Source of the DNA: a virus
Lineage: Duplodnaviria > Caudoviricetes
Reading direction: 5' to 3' (one strand)
Virus record (IMG/VR): IMGVR_UViG_2799112248_000007
Location: 32,205-96,204 of that record
DNA length: 64,000 nt
The notes beneath the pieces are model-generated. The model saw only the letters and a list, made by a program, of their open reading frames with translations, did no database searches and had not been told where the DNA came from. Of this stretch, positions 60,687-64,000 are shown piece after piece. The first letter of the stretch is position 1, and every line of letters begins with the position of its first letter. A program made the translations under genes and the position numbers.

Positions 60687-61634
60687 ATGGCAACAACAGA
60701 ACAATTAATGTATCAATATGGTGTCGCATGGTTTGGTTTTGATGAAGCTAGTGGGAACGTTGTAAATAAGTTAGATAACAATTATATAGGAACAGTATCA
60801 GGTGGAGTAAGGGTTGAAGGATGGAATGGCGAAGGAAAAGCTATGAATTTAGATACTGTGGCTAATAAGAAAGTTGCCTTTAATTCAACTTTACTACCTT
60901 ATGGGGGAAAAACCGTACGTTTTAAATTTAAGTGTACTACTATAAACAATCAGTATTTTTTATTTATGGGTAATGCAAAAGGTTATAATACAAATGGCTG
61001 GTCTTTTCAATTTAGTGGTGGTAATGGATGGAATGGAACAATGCATATTGGCTTTAGAGGAAGTAGTGCCACTTATGAGTACCCAACATTATCAACGAAG
61101 AATGTTTGTGATGGGAAATGGCATGAAAGTATATTTTCATTAGAAGGTGGCACTATAGGGAGCAAATGGAGGACATACCTTGACGGTGAGCTTGTAAGTG
61201 AAGGAATATTAAAGCAAAACGAATCTTCATTTTCTAAAAACTTCGAGATTAATAATAGGTCTTATGGAAATTCAGGTAATTATGAAAATCTATTTTTAGA
61301 TGATTTACAAATTTACAATAAAGCTCTTTCCCCATCTGATTTTGAACAAAGAAGATTAGCTGTTAAAACAACAAATAATAAAAATCTTGTTTTATCCCCT
61401 ACTTCAACTCGTGTGAAAGAAATCCCTAACACAGCAGAATATATGATGTTAGCTCAAGGTGGAGTAGTGAAAGAGATTGATTCAGCAGTTGATAGACCAC
61501 CAATTGATTTTACTAAACCTACAACTGAATATGAGATTGTAACTAATAACAGGACACCTTTAGGGAAAGGTAGATTGTTTACTATTCCTATTAATAGTGA
61601 TTTTAAAACAATAATAATTGAGGACAACTATTAA
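60687..61634 (+). CDS. LamG-domain protein (C slot 9)
   Basis: Constant ends shared with 37189-38142; divergent LamG core. Confidence 0.75.
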   Translation: MATTEQLMYQYGVAWFGFDEASGNVVNKLDNNYIGTVSGGVRVEGWNGEGKAMNLDTVANKKVAFNSTLLPYGGKTVRFKFKCTTINNQYFLFMGNAKGYNTNGWSFQFSGGNGWNGTMHIGFRGSSATYEYPTLSTKNVCDGKWHESIFSLEGGTIGSKWRTYLDGELVSEGILKQNESSFSKNFEINNRSYGNSGNYENLFLDDLQIYNKALSPSDFEQRRLAVKTTNNKNLVLSPTSTRVKEIPNTAEYMMLAQGGVVKEIDSAVDRPPIDFTKPTTEYEIVTNNRTPLGKGRLFTIPINSDFKTIIIEDNY

Positions 61635-61678
61635 AATAGCTGTCCTTTTAATATGGAAAAATATTGGAGGTCAATACA

Positions 61679-64000
61679 ATGGCTAATATTAAAGATAATT
61701 TAAGTAAATATGGTAAAGCATTTATTGGTTTTGATGAACCTAGTGGTAATGCTATGGATTCTATAGGCGGTTATACAGGCACTTTATATAATTCTCCTAC
61801 TCGTGTAACAGGTTGGAATGGTCAAGGCAATGCTATGAATTTTAATGGGAGTAATCAATATGTGGAATTTAATAATTTAATTATCCCAAATACCTCTTTT
61901 TCAATAAGGTTCAAGATTAAGTTTTCTCAAATAAACAAAACTCAATATATATTTGGAACAAATGATAATTCAAGTAACATCAAAAATATAGGGGTTTATG
62001 TTACACTCATGGAGAATAATTCAATACGAGCATCTATACGCAGCTCTACTGGTGTTGACGCTAGTTGTTTCAGCACTATAGAAGTAACAACAGATAAATG
62101 GTATGATATATTGTTTATTTGGGATAAAGAAATTAAATCAAACAACGTTAAACTATATGTGAATGATATGACAGCTCCTAATGCCACAACAACTTTCAAT
62201 GACAATCTTACACATTATAGAAACCTAGTAATTGGAAACTTGTGGTCAAGTACTGCTCCTACAAGTGGCTATTATTTCAATGGTCACATAGACCAATTTG
62301 AAGTATATGATAAAGTAATCTCCCCTATTCCTGACAAATATCTAATTCAACACAACTCACAATATAAATACTATGATGGTACTGCTTGGCAACTAACAAC
62401 AAACACAGAAGAAAACTTTATCCAATATGGTATGAACAACCTAAACCACATTACAGAAAAACAATGGAAAGAGTTATCAGGCGATAAATCAGTGGTTATG
62501 TGGTCTGATTTTGAAGATAAGCAATTTGCTTCTGTTGTGTTAAATAAAAAGGAATTTAAAGCACAGGATTTATTAGGTGACAATCCTCAAGCTATTTACT
62601 ACACCGACTCAGACGCCTCACAAATCGTTGTAGAGACAGGTGTTGACCCTTACAGTATTTATGACTACATTGGAGAACTACCTACTGTAGTAGCTTATAC
62701 AGAGTCTACAGACGATATTATCGTATCAACAACAGTAGAACCATTTGACATCTACGATGAATTTGGTGATAGTGTTGAGGTTCTATACTACACAGATGAT
62801 GAAGCCGTAACAAATGCTGATTTAATCTTAGAGGCAAATTGGTCGCCGGTCGATGAACTTGATGGTGACTTTGAAGTTGTAACATGGACTGATGAAGCCC
62901 CTGAGACTGCTCAGAGAGTGTTAGAAATGAAAGCAGTACCCAAACCTCAATTTATTAAATTGGTCAGTCCTAAACGATTGTATGGTTATTTAGATGATGT
63001 GTTCGTCAATGAAATTTCTCAATCATATCGTGATGAAGCTCGTTACTTTGTTGCAGGCGAGAAAACTGATAAATGGTACTTTTGGAGCAAAAAGGAAAAT
63101 AAATTTGTGGTAGCCGATGCTTCCACTGAGCAAGAAATCACGACAAATGGTATGACACATAAAGACTTAAACAATTTAACCGATAAGCAATGGCGCACAT
63201 GGAATAGTGAATATATTAATATTGGTATGTTCTTAGTAGACAATCCTCGTGACACAATTAAAACAATTGTTGAGACAGTTTCATTTGAAGACTATCTTCC
63301 TCGTATTACTACAACTATCAAAGATACAAGTCTTTATATCATAAACACAACTGCTAAAATTAATATTTCTTTCGATGGTAACGTTCTAAAAGGTATTTTA
63401 AGTGATGATGATTTAACTCGTGTTCAATATCGTGTTCTATTAAACAATGGGAACTTCTACCCTTCTGATGGAAGTTTTACTAAACTTGGCGAATCACCTC
63501 AAAATATTGAATTAGTAATCGGAAGTAAAGATATTAAAATCGACGATTGGAATACACTTAAAGTAGAGTTCCAAGATTTCTATGGAACTACTGATTATTG
63601 GCAAGCAAACTTCATTGGAACATATTCAGGTCTTATGTTTAAAGATATATATGGGAAATACTTCTCTAGTGAGATTGGTGAGGTTCTACAGTATCTTGAC
63701 TTTGGTATCATCATTGCAGGTCAAACTACTATGGAGCATGAAATCATTCTTAAAAATCAGTATGGATATGATGTTGAGAATGTACATCTATATGCAAATA
63801 CAGCGAATTTCCCTACAGGTATGACTTGTGAGTTTAGCACAAGCCTCTCCCCTTTCATTCCTCATCCTGACTTAAGACTAAATGGTGTGCTAAAAAATAA
63901 CGAAGAAATAAGATTCTTCATTCGACTAAAATCTGAATTAGGCGCAACACCTGACGCTAACGGTTCATTTGACATTATCGTGAGAGCAGATAAGGCCTAA
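61679..64000 (+). CDS. LamG plus constant region protein (C slot 10)
   Basis: GGAGG RBS; divergent LamG; constant region near-identical to A slot 10; stop at 64000. Confidence 0.78.
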   Translation: MANIKDNLSKYGKAFIGFDEPSGNAMDSIGGYTGTLYNSPTRVTGWNGQGNAMNFNGSNQYVEFNNLIIPNTSFSIRFKIKFSQINKTQYIFGTNDNSSNIKNIGVYVTLMENNSIRASIRSSTGVDASCFSTIEVTTDKWYDILFIWDKEIKSNNVKLYVNDMTAPNATTTFNDNLTHYRNLVIGNLWSSTAPTSGYYFNGHIDQFEVYDKVISPIPDKYLIQHNSQYKYYDGTAWQLTTNTEENFIQYGMNNLNHITEKQWKELSGDKSVVMWSDFEDKQFASVVLNKKEFKAQDLLGDNPQAIYYTDSDASQIVVETGVDPYSIYDYIGELPTVVAYTESTDDIIVSTTVEPFDIYDEFGDSVEVLYYTDDEAVTNADLILEANWSPVDELDGDFEVVTWTDEAPETAQRVLEMKAVPKPQFIKLVSPKRLYGYLDDVFVNEISQSYRDEARYFVAGEKTDKWYFWSKKENKFVVADASTEQEITTNGMTHKDLNNLTDKQWRTWNSEYINIGMFLVDNPRDTIKTIVETVSFEDYLPRITTTIKDTSLYIINTTAKINISFDGNVLKGILSDDDLTRVQYRVLLNNGNFYPSDGSFTKLGESPQNIELVIGSKDIKIDDWNTLKVEFQDFYGTTDYWQANFIGTYSGLMFKDIYGKYFSSEIGEVLQYLDFGIIIAGQTTMEHEIILKNQYGYDVENVHLYANTANFPTGMTCEFSTSLSPFIPHPDLRLNGVLKNNEEIRFFIRLKSELGATPDANGSFDIIVRADKA

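Larger units (their letters stand above)
3293..64000 (+). mobile_element. Defective (headless) SPbeta-like prophage late region / candidate phage-tail-like bacteriocin locus
   Basis: Gene order HU, YonK-like, metallophosphoesterase, tail terminator, tube, chaperones, tyrosine recombinase, TMP, Dit, Tal, amidase mirrors the SPbeta yon/yom late region; no terminase/portal/capsid ORF in the window. Boundaries approximate; element continues past the right edge. Confidence 0.8.
53190..64000 (+). repeat. Receptor-binding cassette copy C
   Basis: Starts with the same degraded slot 0/1 sequence as B (44494-44774), then slots 3-10. Confidence 0.88.

Noticed and set aside
1953-63824. Numerous 60-150 aa antisense or out-of-frame ORFs in the track
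   Set aside because: They are shadows nested within long, well-supported genes, with no RBS or recognisable motifs
29819-64000. Diversity-generating retroelement (TR/VR pairs)
   Set aside because: No reverse transcriptase ORF in the window; differences between repeats include many synonymous C/T changes and are not adenine-specific
12276-64000. Shufflon/invertible tail-fibre system driven by the tyrosine recombinase
   Set aside because: All cassettes are on the plus strand, no inverted crossover sites were seen, and the recombinase sits in its ancestral SPbeta position far from the cassettes
44217-64000. Triplication as a pure assembly artefact
   Set aside because: The copies contain long unique domains and distinct lesions; only the near-identical anchors could be mis-phased
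1-64000. CRISPR array, rRNA or prophage att sites
   Set aside because: No regularly spaced short repeats, rRNA sequence or flanking direct repeats seen; element ends appear to lie outside the window

Overview
AT-rich Bacillaceae-type (Lysinibacillus-like, by inference) DNA carrying a remodelled SPbeta-like prophage late region. Left end: RecD2 helicase (minus strand), a sigma4/HTH plus Zn-ribbon regulator, HU, a decayed tRNA array with one intact tRNA-Arg(UCU), and YonK/YonJ-like genes. Where terminase, portal and capsid genes normally lie there is only ~260 bp, and two head-side genes are pseudogenes. The non-contractile tail core is intact: terminator, tube, chaperones, a YomM-like tyrosine recombinase, a tape measure with M23 and lysozyme domains, a split Dit, Tal, a PAAR-like tip and an amidase. 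From 28 to 64 kb there are three tandem, same-strand copies (A, B, C) of a ~10-gene receptor-binding cassette with fixed slot order, constant docking segments and shuffled discoidin/LamG/beta-helix domains. Best hypothesis (inference): a headless, F-type tailocin-like element with one cassette linked to the tail operon and reserve cassettes that exchange domains by recombination. SPbeta gene correspondences come from recalled motifs and synteny, not from searches.
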